Shown piece after piece: positions 1 to 10,003 of a stretch of DNA of 64,000 nt (the first letter of the stretch is position 1; each line of letters starts with the position of its first letter). Both the position numbers and the translations under genes were made by a program. A model generated the notes under the pieces. That model did not search any database. It saw only the letters and a program-made list of their open reading frames with translations, and was not told the DNA's origin. This DNA is from a virus, in IMG/VR virus record IMGVR_UViG_3300044691_000566, positions 1 to 64,000 of that record; one strand, 5' to 3'.

Positions 1-35
1 GTGGGCGGCCGTCCTGATCGTGCTCGGGGGGACCC

Positions 36-3000
36 ATGCGCATCATCGAGTCGTACGCCAGTCATGGTCTCGTGATCGAGATGGACGGCCGCACGTATCC
101 GTGCCCGGCCCTCCTGGAGGACGACGAGGACGGCATCCGGTGGCTGTTCGCCCCGGGTCCCGAGGTCTATGCGCCGACGTGGGCACGGGCCTCGGCAGCG
201 GGAGCTGCGGGCATCCTCATCCTGGAGGGCGAGAAGGACCGAGCCCTTGGTCTGGATTTTAAAATTCGTGCCATGACCTCGGAGCGCTTCGCCGAGCAGC
301 GCGAGGAGCGGTCGTCGAACTATGTGGCGCCCTTGGACCGGTGGGCCCAGTTCGACCATGTTCCGAACTACGCCGAGGTCTACCAGGCCACCCCGGGCAA
401 GCTGATCATTGCGTCGTCCTCGGTGCTGACCGGTTTCGTGCACGGCCACACGCACTCGGAGTTCTCACCGATGGACGGCCTGTCCACGGTGAAGGAGATC
501 CTGGAGCAGGCCGTGGCGGACAACCAGCCCGGTCTGGCCCTGACCGACCACGGCCGGTGCTCCGGCCATCCGGCCCTCCAGGCCGAATGCGACGCGGCCG
601 GGATCAAGCCGGTCTTCGGGATCGAGGCGTACTTCCAGGACGACCGCTTCGCCCGGTCCGACCCGCAGAACACCAAGGAGCAGAACCACCAGATCCGGTA
701 CGGCTACACGCACCTGATCCTCTGGGCCATGAACGAGGAGGGGCTGCACAACCTCTGGGCCATGTCCACAGAGAGCTTCCGGGACGGCAACTACGACTCG
801 AAGCCCCGGATGGACTGGGACACCCTGCGTCGCCACAGCAAGGGCGTCATGGCCGCCTCCGGGTGCCTGCGCGGCCCCCTGAGCGTCCCGATCCTCAACG
901 ACGACGAGGAGGGCGCACGCGTCAACCTCGGCAAGCTCTTGGACATCTACGGGGACCGGTTCTACCTGGAGGTCCAGCCCAACAAGCTGGCCGAGCAGGA
1001 AAAGGTCAACAGGGCCCTGGTCGGCATGGCCAAGGACTTCGGCGTGCCGCTCATGGCCACCGTGGACTCCCACTACCCGACCAAGACCGACCACGAGGCC
1101 CACCAGGCGTGGATCGCCATCCAGACCAACAGTGACGTCAACGACGAGGGCGACCTGTTCGCGGTCAACCTGGACCTGTACATGCAGACCGAGGCCGACG
1201 TCCGGCGCGGGCTGGCGTACCTCGGGGCCGAAGCGGTCGACGAGGCAGTCCGGAACACCCTGGACCTGGTGACCCGTACGGCCGCCCGGATCGGCGGCAA
1301 GCCCGCCGCGCCGGTCTACTCCAAGAAGGGCGGCGTCGATCAGGACGCCGAGCGCCTGCTGGACCTGTGCATCGAAAACTGGGCGAAGATCGGCTTCAGG
1401 CCGAACCAGAGCGACTACATGGCCCGGTTCGAGCGGGAGTTCGCGCTGCTCAAGTCCAAGGGCTTCTGCGGCTACTACTTGATGGTGAGCGATTACTGCC
1501 GCTTCGCGAAGAACAATGGCATCCTGGTCGGCCCCGGCCGGGGGTCGGGCGCGGGATCCCTGGGGGCCTATCTCTCCGACATCACCGAGGTGGACCCGCT
1601 CGAAGCGCGGTTGCCCTTCGAGCGCTTCATTACCGAGGGCCGCACCTCCCTGCCCGACTTCGACGTGGACTTCCCCGCGTCGAAAAAGGACGTGATGCTC
1701 GGCTACCTGCGGGACAAGTACGGCGCCGACTACGTCACCCAGATCGGCACCCACCTGCGGCTGAAGTCCAAGGGCATCGTGCAGAACCTGGGCCGCGCCA
1801 TGATGTCGGTGCTCCTCCAGGACCTGTACGACGTGATCGACAACGAAGAGGGTCCGATCTTCTCGGCCGCGCGGGAAGGCGAAGAGATCGAGCTGCGCAT
1901 CAACGCCCGGGAAGCCGAGATCCGCAAGGACCTGGCCGCCGTATCGAAGATCATCGACGAGGCGGAACGGGGCACGGCCGGGCTCGGTATGCCCTGGGAC
2001 GACCTGTGGGTTCAGTTCGGTGACGAGCTGGGGATCTACCGGCAGAAGTACCCGAAGCTGTTCGACATGGCGGACAAACTCGTCGGTCGCCTGAAGTCGT
2101 ACGGCAAGCATGCTGCCGGAGTGGTGATCAGCACGGACCGGCCACTGGTCGACTGGCTGCCGCTCATGGGCGGCGAAAACGGTCAGATGGTCTCCCAGTT
2201 CGACATGGGCGCCCTGGAGGCCATGGGCCTGGTCAAGTTCGACATCTTGACCGTCCGGACCCTGGACACCATCCAGGTGGCCGTCGACCTCATCCGCGAG
2301 CAGCGTCAGGTCGACGTGGAGATCTACCAGTGGACGGACGAGTACCGGGACCCGGCCGTCTGGGACGAGATCTCTCGGGGCAACACCCTTGGCATGTTCC
2401 AGATCGAGACCCATGCGGGAACCCGACTGGCCACCCGCATGAAGCCGCAGAACATGCAGGAGCTGGCCGACATGACCACCATCGTCCGGCCCGGTCCGAT
2501 GCGTTCCGGTCTGACCGACACCTATCTCAAGCGCCGTGCCGGGGAAGAGATCGTCACGTACAACGACCCGCGCCTGGAAGCCATCACGGGCGATTCCCAG
2601 GGGTGCCCGATCTACCAGGACCACGTCCTGGAACTGCTGATGAAGCTGGCCGGGTACCGATCGGACGAGGCCGACGAGGTCCGCAAGATCCTCGGCAAGA
2701 AGAAGATCGAGAAGATCGGCCCGGCCGGTCAGGAGTTCGTCCACCGCGCCCAAGAGTGGGGTGGCATGGACCGCGATGTCGCCCAGCACCTCTGGGACCA
2801 GCTCGCCGAGTTCGCGAAGTACGGCTTCAACAAGGCCCATGCCTACACCTACAGCATGATCACGTACTGGACGGCGTGGTTGAAGATCCACTATCCGGTG
2901 GAGTTCTTCGTGGCCGCCCTGTCCACCATCGACAAGGACAAGATCCCGGCGTTCATCAAGGAGGTCCGGCGCTCGGGCTACACGGTGCTGCCGCCGGACA

Positions 3001-3962
3001 TCAACGCCTCCGGCAAGGGCTTCAAGGCCGAGCCGCTGGCGGTGCGGTACGGGCTGGACTCGATCAAGGGCATCGGCGAGGCCGCCGTGGACTACCTGAT
3101 CGCAGGCCAGTTCTACGCCGATTTCGACCAGTTCGACCAGTACGTCACCGCGAAGGGCACCAAGGCCAATGCGGGCGTCCAGATGCTCCTGGCGAGGATA
3201 GGAGCACTGGACTCCCTGGAGCCCCGCCGAGCGGGCCTGGTGGCCCTCCTGGAGGGCCGCAGCAGCGGGGAGGACTCCCGGTGCGTCTGGAAGCGCGACG
3301 ACGTCCGGTACCGCCCCGAGGGGGTGGACAAGCCGGACCGCGTACCCGGGGAATCCGACGAGGAGTGGCTGGTCCGCCAAGAGGCGTACGACGCCGAGTG
3401 GAAGGCCGCTCGGGCGTTGCTGCCGCCCGACTTCTGCACCTTCGACTGGACCACCGAGGAGCCGCCGGTCAATCCCCGCACCGGCAAGAAGCTGGCGCTG
3501 AAGGCACTCCCCAAGAAGTGCACCAAGGCGTGCCGCCAGTACACCGCGCCTCCGCCCGTCCAGGTCGGCGACCAGCCGGATTTCAGCGACGAGGCCATAC
3601 GGGCCATAGAGCACGAGCTGCTCGGCGTCTTCCTGTCCAGCACGCCGTTCGACCGGCTGGACCCCGGTGACCGCAAGCGGCTGTACGGCGACGCCGAAAG
3701 GCTGGTCGCGGGGGAGCCCGGCCTCTACACCATGGCCGCGATCCTCATGTCCGTACGCATGACCAAGACCCGGGCCTCTCAGGAGGACATGGCGTTCCTC
3801 GCCCTCGACACCGAGGTGTCGACGGTGGAGGCCGTGGCCTTCCCCAAGACGTGGATCGACATCAAGACCGGCATGCACACCGGGCAGCTCTGCCTGGTGG
3901 TCCTGGAGAAGCAGGACGGCGACCGGGGCCTCGTGATCCGCGAATACCTGCCAGTTCACTAG
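36..3962 (+). CDS. dnaE: DNA polymerase III alpha subunit (DnaE-like) with PHP domain
   Basis: HTHSEFS/TDHG PHP motifs, GPGRGSGAGSL, catalytic PDFDVDF, KFDIL, YGFNKAHA, C-terminal OB fold; ~130-aa N-terminal extension. Confidence 0.97.
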   Translation: MRIIESYASHGLVIEMDGRTYPCPALLEDDEDGIRWLFAPGPEVYAPTWARASAAGAAGILILEGEKDRALGLDFKIRAMTSERFAEQREERSSNYVAPLDRWAQFDHVPNYAEVYQATPGKLIIASSSVLTGFVHGHTHSEFSPMDGLSTVKEILEQAVADNQPGLALTDHGRCSGHPALQAECDAAGIKPVFGIEAYFQDDRFARSDPQNTKEQNHQIRYGYTHLILWAMNEEGLHNLWAMSTESFRDGNYDSKPRMDWDTLRRHSKGVMAASGCLRGPLSVPILNDDEEGARVNLGKLLDIYGDRFYLEVQPNKLAEQEKVNRALVGMAKDFGVPLMATVDSHYPTKTDHEAHQAWIAIQTNSDVNDEGDLFAVNLDLYMQTEADVRRGLAYLGAEAVDEAVRNTLDLVTRTAARIGGKPAAPVYSKKGGVDQDAERLLDLCIENWAKIGFRPNQSDYMARFEREFALLKSKGFCGYYLMVSDYCRFAKNNGILVGPGRGSGAGSLGAYLSDITEVDPLEARLPFERFITEGRTSLPDFDVDFPASKKDVMLGYLRDKYGADYVTQIGTHLRLKSKGIVQNLGRAMMSVLLQDLYDVIDNEEGPIFSAAREGEEIELRINAREAEIRKDLAAVSKIIDEAERGTAGLGMPWDDLWVQFGDELGIYRQKYPKLFDMADKLVGRLKSYGKHAAGVVISTDRPLVDWLPLMGGENGQMVSQFDMGALEAMGLVKFDILTVRTLDTIQVAVDLIREQRQVDVEIYQWTDEYRDPAVWDEISRGNTLGMFQIETHAGTRLATRMKPQNMQELADMTTIVRPGPMRSGLTDTYLKRRAGEEIVTYNDPRLEAITGDSQGCPIYQDHVLELLMKLAGYRSDEADEVRKILGKKKIEKIGPAGQEFVHRAQEWGGMDRDVAQHLWDQLAEFAKYGFNKAHAYTYSMITYWTAWLKIHYPVEFFVAALSTIDKDKIPAFIKEVRRSGYTVLPPDINASGKGFKAEPLAVRYGLDSIKGIGEAAVDYLIAGQFYADFDQFDQYVTAKGTKANAGVQMLLARIGALDSLEPRRAGLVALLEGRSSGEDSRCVWKRDDVRYRPEGVDKPDRVPGESDEEWLVRQEAYDAEWKAARALLPPDFCTFDWTTEEPPVNPRTGKKLALKALPKKCTKACRQYTAPPPVQVGDQPDFSDEAIRAIEHELLGVFLSSTPFDRLDPGDRKRLYGDAERLVAGEPGLYTMAAILMSVRMTKTRASQEDMAFLALDTEVSTVEAVAFPKTWIDIKTGMHTGQLCLVVLEKQDGDRGLVIREYLPVH

Positions 3963-3970
3963 GAGACCCC

Positions 3971-5059
3971 ATGCCGCCCAAGGTCAAGAAGACCTACACC
4001 CGTCCCGCCTCCCTGGCGTCCTACCGCAAGGCCCAGGAGAAGAAGTACGGCGACCGGATCATCCGCAAAGCCACCCGGCAGGCATTGGAGTTCATACCCA
4101 CCGGAGTGACCGGCCTGGATCTGGCGCTGGGCGGCGGCTGGGCCCGTGGCCGCTACCACCAGATCATCGGCCAGCCCAACACTTGCAAGACCTCGATGGT
4201 GCTCATCGCCATGAAGAACGCCCTGGACCGCTGGCCGGATCAGGGCGTGGTGTACCTGGACGTGGAGAAGACGGTCTCCGAGGAGCGGTTCCTGGCCCAC
4301 GGCATCGACCCCGACGACGACCGCTTGCTCTGGCGCTCGCCCGCCAGCGGCGAGGAGGTCGCGGACATGCTCCGGGACGACCTGCGGAGCGGCCTGTTCT
4401 CCATGGCCGCCATCGACTCGGTGGGGGCCATGGAGCGTGAGGACGCCCTGTACGAGAAGGCCGCGTCCGAGTCGGTCATGGGCAAGGCCGCCCAGCTCCT
4501 GACCCGCATGTCCAAGCAGGTCACCACCATCTCCCGGGAGACCAACACTGCGGCCTTCATCGTCAACCAGTACCGCAAGGACTTCGAGGGCGCCTTCGAC
4601 AAGGCGGCCGGTCCGATGATCATGGGCTACATGACCACGGACTCCGTGGCGATGCGGCGCCTGGGCGGCGCGGAGAACATCGTCGTGGTCAAGGAGGGCG
4701 GCGACGACATCGAGGTGGCCCACAAGGTGGTGGCCAAGGTGGAGCGCAGCAAGTTGCGCACCCAGGGCGCCAAGGCCGAGTTCTGGTACAACAAGGTCGC
4801 CTACGACGGCGCCGAGGTCGGGATCGACGTGGCCGCCGAGGCGTACGACATCGGGGTCAAGGCCGGGGCCATTGTGCCGGGCAAGGGGTACTACTGGATT
4901 TTCCCGGACGCCTCCACGGCCAACGGGAAGGCGCAGTCCATCGCGCACCTGCGGGACCACCCCGATCTTCTGGAGCAGGTTCGGGTCAAATCGTTGGAAA
5001 ACATCGCCAACGAGCTGACCCCCGAGGTCGACGTGGAGTTCGACCGTGTCGGCGAGTGA
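3971..5059 (+). CDS. recA: RecA/UvsX-like recombinase
   Basis: IPTG..LDLALGGG, Walker A variant GQPNTCKT, IDSV, FIVNQ; RBS AGGAG before ATG 3971. Confidence 0.9.
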   Translation: MPPKVKKTYTRPASLASYRKAQEKKYGDRIIRKATRQALEFIPTGVTGLDLALGGGWARGRYHQIIGQPNTCKTSMVLIAMKNALDRWPDQGVVYLDVEKTVSEERFLAHGIDPDDDRLLWRSPASGEEVADMLRDDLRSGLFSMAAIDSVGAMEREDALYEKAASESVMGKAAQLLTRMSKQVTTISRETNTAAFIVNQYRKDFEGAFDKAAGPMIMGYMTTDSVAMRRLGGAENIVVVKEGGDDIEVAHKVVAKVERSKLRTQGAKAEFWYNKVAYDGAEVGIDVAAEAYDIGVKAGAIVPGKGYYWIFPDASTANGKAQSIAHLRDHPDLLEQVRVKSLENIANELTPEVDVEFDRVGE

Positions 5060-5094
5060 TATTCAGAGGGGAAACGGATAGCTCGGGGACTCAC

Positions 5095-5454
5095 GTGACC
5101 AACATCATCTTCTTTCTGACCTTTTTGTCCTGGTTCTTCAACGTCACCCTCGTGCTGGTGGGGATCACGGCCGGAGTACTGGTGACCCTTTCCATGGGAC
5201 CCGGCATCTACCGGACCTCCCGGCGCCGCACCCTGCGCCGGGACTGGCGGATGGACCGTCCGCAGCGCGTCATGGAGAGCCTCACCCCGCAGTGGGAGCG
5301 GTACGACCCCGAGCTGACCGGAGTCGGCAAGCGGTGCATCTGCCACCAGAGGGCGATCCACCCCGGCGAGCGCGTCCTGCTGTGGCCCGAGACGGGCCCC
5401 ATGGGGATCCTGCACGTCGCCGTCTACTGCGAGACCGTCAAGGAGCGACTATGA
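5095..5454 (+). CDS. membrane protein with C-terminal Cys motif
   Basis: Two hydrophobic N-terminal segments, CxCH...C; GTG start inferred; stop overlaps next start (ATGA). Confidence 0.6.
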   Translation: MTNIIFFLTFLSWFFNVTLVLVGITAGVLVTLSMGPGIYRTSRRRTLRRDWRMDRPQRVMESLTPQWERYDPELTGVGKRCICHQRAIHPGERVLLWPETGPMGILHVAVYCETVKERL

Positions 5455-6116
5455 GCCGGACGTTGAACCAGCAGATGGCTGACGCCCACGAGGCCGACAT
5501 CGCCGAGTGGATCGGAGGTGCGCAGCACAAGGGCTCCGGGAACCAGTGGTCGCGGCAGATGGACGCCAGCAACGGGGAGAAGCTCGTCCCCTTCCCGCTG
5601 GCCGGAGACGGCAAGGCCACCCTGGGCAAGTCCATCTCGATCACCCGGGACATGTGGCTGAAGGCCGTTGCCCAGACCTTCAACAAGATCCCCACCATCT
5701 GGCTGCGGTTCTACAGGGACGAGAGCCTGCGGGAGGTCTCCACCGACCTGGTGGTCATCGAGCGCCGGGAGTTCCTGGAGATCCTGGAGAAGGCCCGTCT
5801 GTGCGAGGAGATCCTTCAGCAGCACCATCTCGTGGTGCCCCCATCCCAGACGCTGGCCGACACCATCCAGCAGAAGCAGGTCGAGCTGGAGGCGGTTCTG
5901 TCGAATGCGCCCCAGAGGTCGGAGCTGCTGCCGACACAGGTGTGCGAGGCGCAGGGCACCCACGACTACATCTCCACGGCGTGTCATCACGCCAAGCTGG
6001 GCCAGGGGGCGGAGTACCTGCACGCCCGGTGCCGGGACACCTGCAAGTTCTGCGGGGCGCCCTGCAAATGCCGGTGTCACGACGAACACCAGTCCGGCTG
6101 CGACTGCTGCCGGTGA
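5451..6116 (+). CDS. PD-(D/E)xK nuclease, Holliday-junction resolvase-like, with Cys/His-rich tail
   Basis: HE..IA, GSGNQW..MD, D-G-K-x-T motif; C-terminal CxxC clusters. Confidence 0.6.
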   Translation: MSRTLNQQMADAHEADIAEWIGGAQHKGSGNQWSRQMDASNGEKLVPFPLAGDGKATLGKSISITRDMWLKAVAQTFNKIPTIWLRFYRDESLREVSTDLVVIERREFLEILEKARLCEEILQQHHLVVPPSQTLADTIQQKQVELEAVLSNAPQRSELLPTQVCEAQGTHDYISTACHHAKLGQGAEYLHARCRDTCKFCGAPCKCRCHDEHQSGCDCCR

Positions 6117-6955
6117 CCGCCCTGGATGACCTGTTCGCCCGTGAGGGCGACATGGCCTCGCAGGGGGCCGTCCTGGCGCCCCTCGTCCGGCTGTACGTGG
6201 CCCAGGGGCGCTTCCCTCTCAACACCCGAATAACGCTCCCCGGTGGCAACCCCGACCGGCCGCCGGACGACTGGTTCCACCCCTCCACGCACCCGACCAT
6301 GGGAGCGCGGAAGTTGTACTACTACCTTGCACAGCCGGACCGCTGGGATCCGGAGCCCTGGAGCTACGAGGGCCGCATGTCGGTCACCATCGGCACCCTG
6401 GAGCACGCCCTCGTCCAGATGGCCCTGGAGGCCATGGGAGTGCTCAAGAGGCCCCAGGGGATCTGTCCGTGCTGTTCGCGTCCCCACGGGCTGGGAGACG
6501 ACGAATGCGGGGAACCGGGAGTCGCCGACCCGGTCCTCAAACGCCGGGGCCACATGGACGGCATCACGCTGACCCCGGCCCTGGGCATGACCGGCTTCGA
6601 CCTGAAGACGATCAACCACTTCAGCGCTGCCAAGATCCCCGACGGGCCGGACAGCCCGGAAGCCCTCGCCTGGTTGAGGGCGAAGCATCCGTACTACTTC
6701 GGCCAGATGCAGGAGTACATGGCCCTGTCGGGCCTCCGGCTGACGGTGATGCTCTTCGTCGGCATGGGCTTCCCCTGGGTGATGAAGGAGATCCACGTCG
6801 AGTACGACCCCGGGTACATCGTGGCCCTGGAGGCCAAGTACCGGCTCGTCCGCGAGGCCGTGGCCGCCGGGGTCCCGCCGGAGCCCTGCTGTGCGTTCGG
6901 GAGCAAAGAGTCCAAGGCGTGCCCGGCTGCCGGGTGCGTCCTCCGCACGTTCTGA
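6113..6955 (+). CDS. Cas4/RecB-like PD-(D/E)xK exonuclease
   Basis: HPS, GTLEH, GHMDG, DLKT, QMQEYM, C-terminal Cys cluster; GTGA coupling. Confidence 0.8.
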   Translation: MTALDDLFAREGDMASQGAVLAPLVRLYVAQGRFPLNTRITLPGGNPDRPPDDWFHPSTHPTMGARKLYYYLAQPDRWDPEPWSYEGRMSVTIGTLEHALVQMALEAMGVLKRPQGICPCCSRPHGLGDDECGEPGVADPVLKRRGHMDGITLTPALGMTGFDLKTINHFSAAKIPDGPDSPEALAWLRAKHPYYFGQMQEYMALSGLRLTVMLFVGMGFPWVMKEIHVEYDPGYIVALEAKYRLVREAVAAGVPPEPCCAFGSKESKACPAAGCVLRTF

Positions 6956-6973
6956 TCCCGCCAGGAGACGACC

Positions 6974-7597
6974 ATGAGCCAAGAGTTGGCGGAGGAGATC
7001 CTCCGCCGAATACGAGAGAAAGTCGCCGAGGGGAAACGGCCGAGGGTCCCCAAAGCATTCCGGCCGCCCGCCTTCGAGGACTTCGTCCCGGACATGCAGA
7101 TCCTCGCCTTCGATCAGTCCTTGGCCAACTGCGGTTGGGCGCTGCTGAACACCGAGAAGAAGATCACCGTTGTCGACTCCGGAACGATCCGGCCGCCCGC
7201 GCTGGGGACGGTGTCCAAGGGGTTCGAGATGACCTTCGCCAAGGCCATTGGCATCGCCAGCGAGGTCCGCACCCTGGTGGGCTCCCTGGAGGGCGGTTTC
7301 GAGCAGGTCGTGCTGGAGCTGCCCGCCGTGGTCGGCTACCGCACGGAGTCCTCCCTCGCGGCGGCCGTGGCCATCTGTATAGAGCTGGACCGCAGGAGAT
7401 TGCCCACGCCGGACTTCGTCTCCCGGCAGGCCGCCGGGTCCGTGCTGTGCGGTGACCGGCACGCCTCGAAGAACATCTCCTCGGAGCTGGTCAACAACCT
7501 CGTCGTGGACCATCCGACCGGGACCGGCCAGTGGACCGAGCACGTCCGGGATGCGGTCTTCGTCGGTCTCAAGTACCTGTATCTGGAGGAGAAGTGA
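6974..7597 (+). CDS. ruvC: RuvC-like Holliday junction resolvase
   Basis: ILAFDQSLANCGWA, VVLE, EHVRDA RNase H-fold acidic motifs. Confidence 0.8.
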   Translation: MSQELAEEILRRIREKVAEGKRPRVPKAFRPPAFEDFVPDMQILAFDQSLANCGWALLNTEKKITVVDSGTIRPPALGTVSKGFEMTFAKAIGIASEVRTLVGSLEGGFEQVVLELPAVVGYRTESSLAAAVAICIELDRRRLPTPDFVSRQAAGSVLCGDRHASKNISSELVNNLVVDHPTGTGQWTEHVRDAVFVGLKYLYLEEK

Positions 7598-8271
7598 GCG
7601 ACGAGGACGACCGGTCCGAGGACCGCGTCATACGTGACGAGTCCGAAGAGGCCGACCGCTCGATGGTGGTGGACCCCCATGACGACCGCACCCTGGAGTT
7701 CGAGCGCACGGGCCTGTCCCGGATGCGTACGACGTGGCGGCCGGAGGATGCCGAGGCCCTGGCGGGCATCCACCAGATCGTCGACAACGAGCTGCTCGTC
7801 CATTTCGCCGGGGCCTACCAGGTCATGAACGAGATCTGGGACATCGTCCGGGAGCCGGTGGTCCTGACCGGGGGGGAGGTCCAGACCGACGTGAACGGCT
7901 GGACGGTCTGGGCTCGGAACGAGCTGGGGGACTACATCGAGGATTACAGCAAGCTGAGCCACAAGGACGTTGAGCACTTCCTCTTCAAGATCACGACCCG
8001 GCTCTTCGAGTGGGAGCAGGCGTCGGCCCGCCTGTGGGGGGATTCGATGTCGGCCAAGGCGCTCTGGGAGATGGCGCTGGCCCGGGGATACCGGGACGCC
8101 AGGACCTCGGGGGCCCGCACGGTGGAGGACCGGATCCAGGCGGCACGTCTGGCGTCCGAGGACGACAGGTTCTTCGGGATCTTCCAGACGACCTTGTCCC
8201 GGCACGCGGATGCGATAGTGCGTAGCACTCAGCTTCTTGGCCAGCGGCTGAAGGACGTCCTGTCCGTGTGA
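7594..8271 (+). CDS. conserved helical phage protein in the recombination operon
   Basis: GTGA-coupled to RuvC, GGAG RBS, typical codon bias. Confidence 0.7.
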   Translation: MSDEDDRSEDRVIRDESEEADRSMVVDPHDDRTLEFERTGLSRMRTTWRPEDAEALAGIHQIVDNELLVHFAGAYQVMNEIWDIVREPVVLTGGEVQTDVNGWTVWARNELGDYIEDYSKLSHKDVEHFLFKITTRLFEWEQASARLWGDSMSAKALWEMALARGYRDARTSGARTVEDRIQAARLASEDDRFFGIFQTTLSRHADAIVRSTQLLGQRLKDVLSV

Positions 8272-8311
8272 TCAGCAGTCACACTAGGCAACAGAATATG
8301 CAGGTCAACCA

Positions 8312-8340
8312 CAAACCCTGGGGTGCTACCCCAGGGTTTG
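8312..8340. terminator. 13-bp perfect hairpin in AT-richer intergenic gap
   Basis: CAAACCCTGGGGT-GCT-ACCCCAGGGTTTG. Confidence 0.55.
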
Positions 8341-8381
8341 TTGGCAGTTGAACGTTGATCCTCTACGCTCATATTTGATGG

Positions 8382-9107
8382 TTGTCCCATCGCCCCGACT
8401 ACAGGGGCCGGTTCAGATGGTCGGAGAAGGGTCCCCGTGCGTTCTTGACGCTGACGGTCGGCGTGCTCAGATCTCTCTTCAAAAACCTGGAAGCGTTTCG
8501 CTCGCTCTACGAGGCCGAGAACGTCGATACGGTCCGTGGCCCTGACGGGGTCGCCTACTCGTTGCACGACATCGAATACCTCTACTCGGCTCGAATAAGC
8601 CTGAGTCCACGTCAGCGGCAGTCCATAGAGCTGTTCTTGGTGCAGAACATCAAGGAGAAAGACGTCGCTCTCCGCATGGGCGTCTCCGAGTCCAACCCTG
8701 TCGCCTCATACGCCGGACACGGACTCAAACGGATCCTGGAGATGATCGCCGAGGGGAAGCTTCCGCGCTTCCGCACGGAGGGGGACGGCCATGGGACAAC
8801 TGCACTCGGGCGTACACCAGCCGCTGGACGACGCGGCGACCGAGCTGATCCGCAAGGACCTGGAGGGGGTGACCTCGATGTCGGCGAAATCGGACGTCCT
8901 GACCCCCTGGAAGGAGATGGACCGGCGCCGCCGGGAGGTCTACACGGAGAGCGGAACGCCCGACGCGGCGTCGCGACGTGGCATGTACCACCGGGCGTGG
9001 AATTCGACCCACCGACACCTGAACAGCGTCGAAGGGAAAGCTCCCCTGGCCGCCGACCCCCACATTGGAGTCAGCCCCCACTTCCATCGCAGCGCAAGCC
9101 AGGTTGA
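8382..9107 (+). CDS. sigma-70 region 4-like HTH protein (candidate phage sigma/late regulator)
   Basis: LSPRQRQSIEL...KEKDVALRMGVS; start uncertain; C-terminal ~105 codons overlap next gene. Confidence 0.65.
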   Translation: MSHRPDYRGRFRWSEKGPRAFLTLTVGVLRSLFKNLEAFRSLYEAENVDTVRGPDGVAYSLHDIEYLYSARISLSPRQRQSIELFLVQNIKEKDVALRMGVSESNPVASYAGHGLKRILEMIAEGKLPRFRTEGDGHGTTALGRTPAAGRRGDRADPQGPGGGDLDVGEIGRPDPLEGDGPAPPGGLHGERNARRGVATWHVPPGVEFDPPTPEQRRRESSPGRRPPHWSQPPLPSQRKPG

Positions 9108-9288
9108 GGTCGGGGAGACCTACGACCTGCGCGTGTCCTGGGGATCCCAGGACCGCGTCAAGTGTCCGATCTGCGCCAAGTACCTCCGCCGATCGGACCT
9201 GGAAGTCGTCTGCCGCTGCGGATCGGTTTTCAGCAAGACGCATGATTCCGGCAACTACCAGGTCATAAGGATCCGCCATGGACGTTGA
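8791..9288 (+). CDS. hypothetical protein with C-terminal Zn ribbon
   Basis: CPIC...CRCG; GGAGG RBS. Confidence 0.65.
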   Translation: MGQLHSGVHQPLDDAATELIRKDLEGVTSMSAKSDVLTPWKEMDRRRREVYTESGTPDAASRRGMYHRAWNSTHRHLNSVEGKAPLAADPHIGVSPHFHRSASQVEVGETYDLRVSWGSQDRVKCPICAKYLRRSDLEVVCRCGSVFSKTHDSGNYQVIRIRHGR

Positions 9289-9961
9289 GGACACCAACCC
9301 CCCGGCCCCGCGTCCGTACAACCGACCCAGCTCCGTGGTGATGATCGACGTCGGCGGCCGTCAGTACCCCATGAAGACGGTCACCCAGTGCCGCACTTGC
9401 ATGTCTCCCCACCGCCTGGAGATCGAACAGGCCGTCCTGGAACAGCGCAGTTACCAGAAGATCGCCGACTCGATAGCCGACCGGCAGCCGGGCACGCTGC
9501 CCAACCCCGGCTCCCAGTCGATCCGTGACCACGTGAACAAGAACCACATGCCGATCGGCCCCACCGCTGAGCGGGCCCTCGTCGAGGCGCGGGCCAAGAC
9601 CATCGGCCGCGACATCGACAACCACGTGGCGGGCCTGGCCGACTACGCCACGGTCAACGAGATCGTCATCCAGCGCGGTATGGACCGCCTTGCGCGGGGC
9701 CAGCTCGAACCGTCCATGGCGGAACTGCTGACCGCGATCCGGATGCAGCACACGATCGAGTCGGTGGCCGAGGACGGCCTGGATTCTGCCGCGTGGCAGG
9801 AGGCGTTGGTGGCCTACATGGAGGTGGCCCAGCGGTTCATTCCGCAGGAACATCTCCAGGCGTACGGGCAGGCGTTGGCCAACAACCCTGTCCTTCGGGC
9901 AATGATGACGGGCGGCAAGCCGGAGCCGAAAGCCCTTGACCCTGTCAGGGGCGTGGAGTAG
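9278..9961 (+). CDS. hypothetical protein, possible terminase small subunit/DNA-binding protein
   Basis: CRTC plus HTH-like SYQKIA segment, lies upstream of TerL; function is inference. Confidence 0.5.
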   Translation: MDVEDTNPPAPRPYNRPSSVVMIDVGGRQYPMKTVTQCRTCMSPHRLEIEQAVLEQRSYQKIADSIADRQPGTLPNPGSQSIRDHVNKNHMPIGPTAERALVEARAKTIGRDIDNHVAGLADYATVNEIVIQRGMDRLARGQLEPSMAELLTAIRMQHTIESVAEDGLDSAAWQEALVAYMEVAQRFIPQEHLQAYGQALANNPVLRAMMTGGKPEPKALDPVRGVE

Positions 9962-10003
9962 GATTTTAAAAAGCATCCCGCCACCCGACCCGAGGAGCAG
10001 CCC

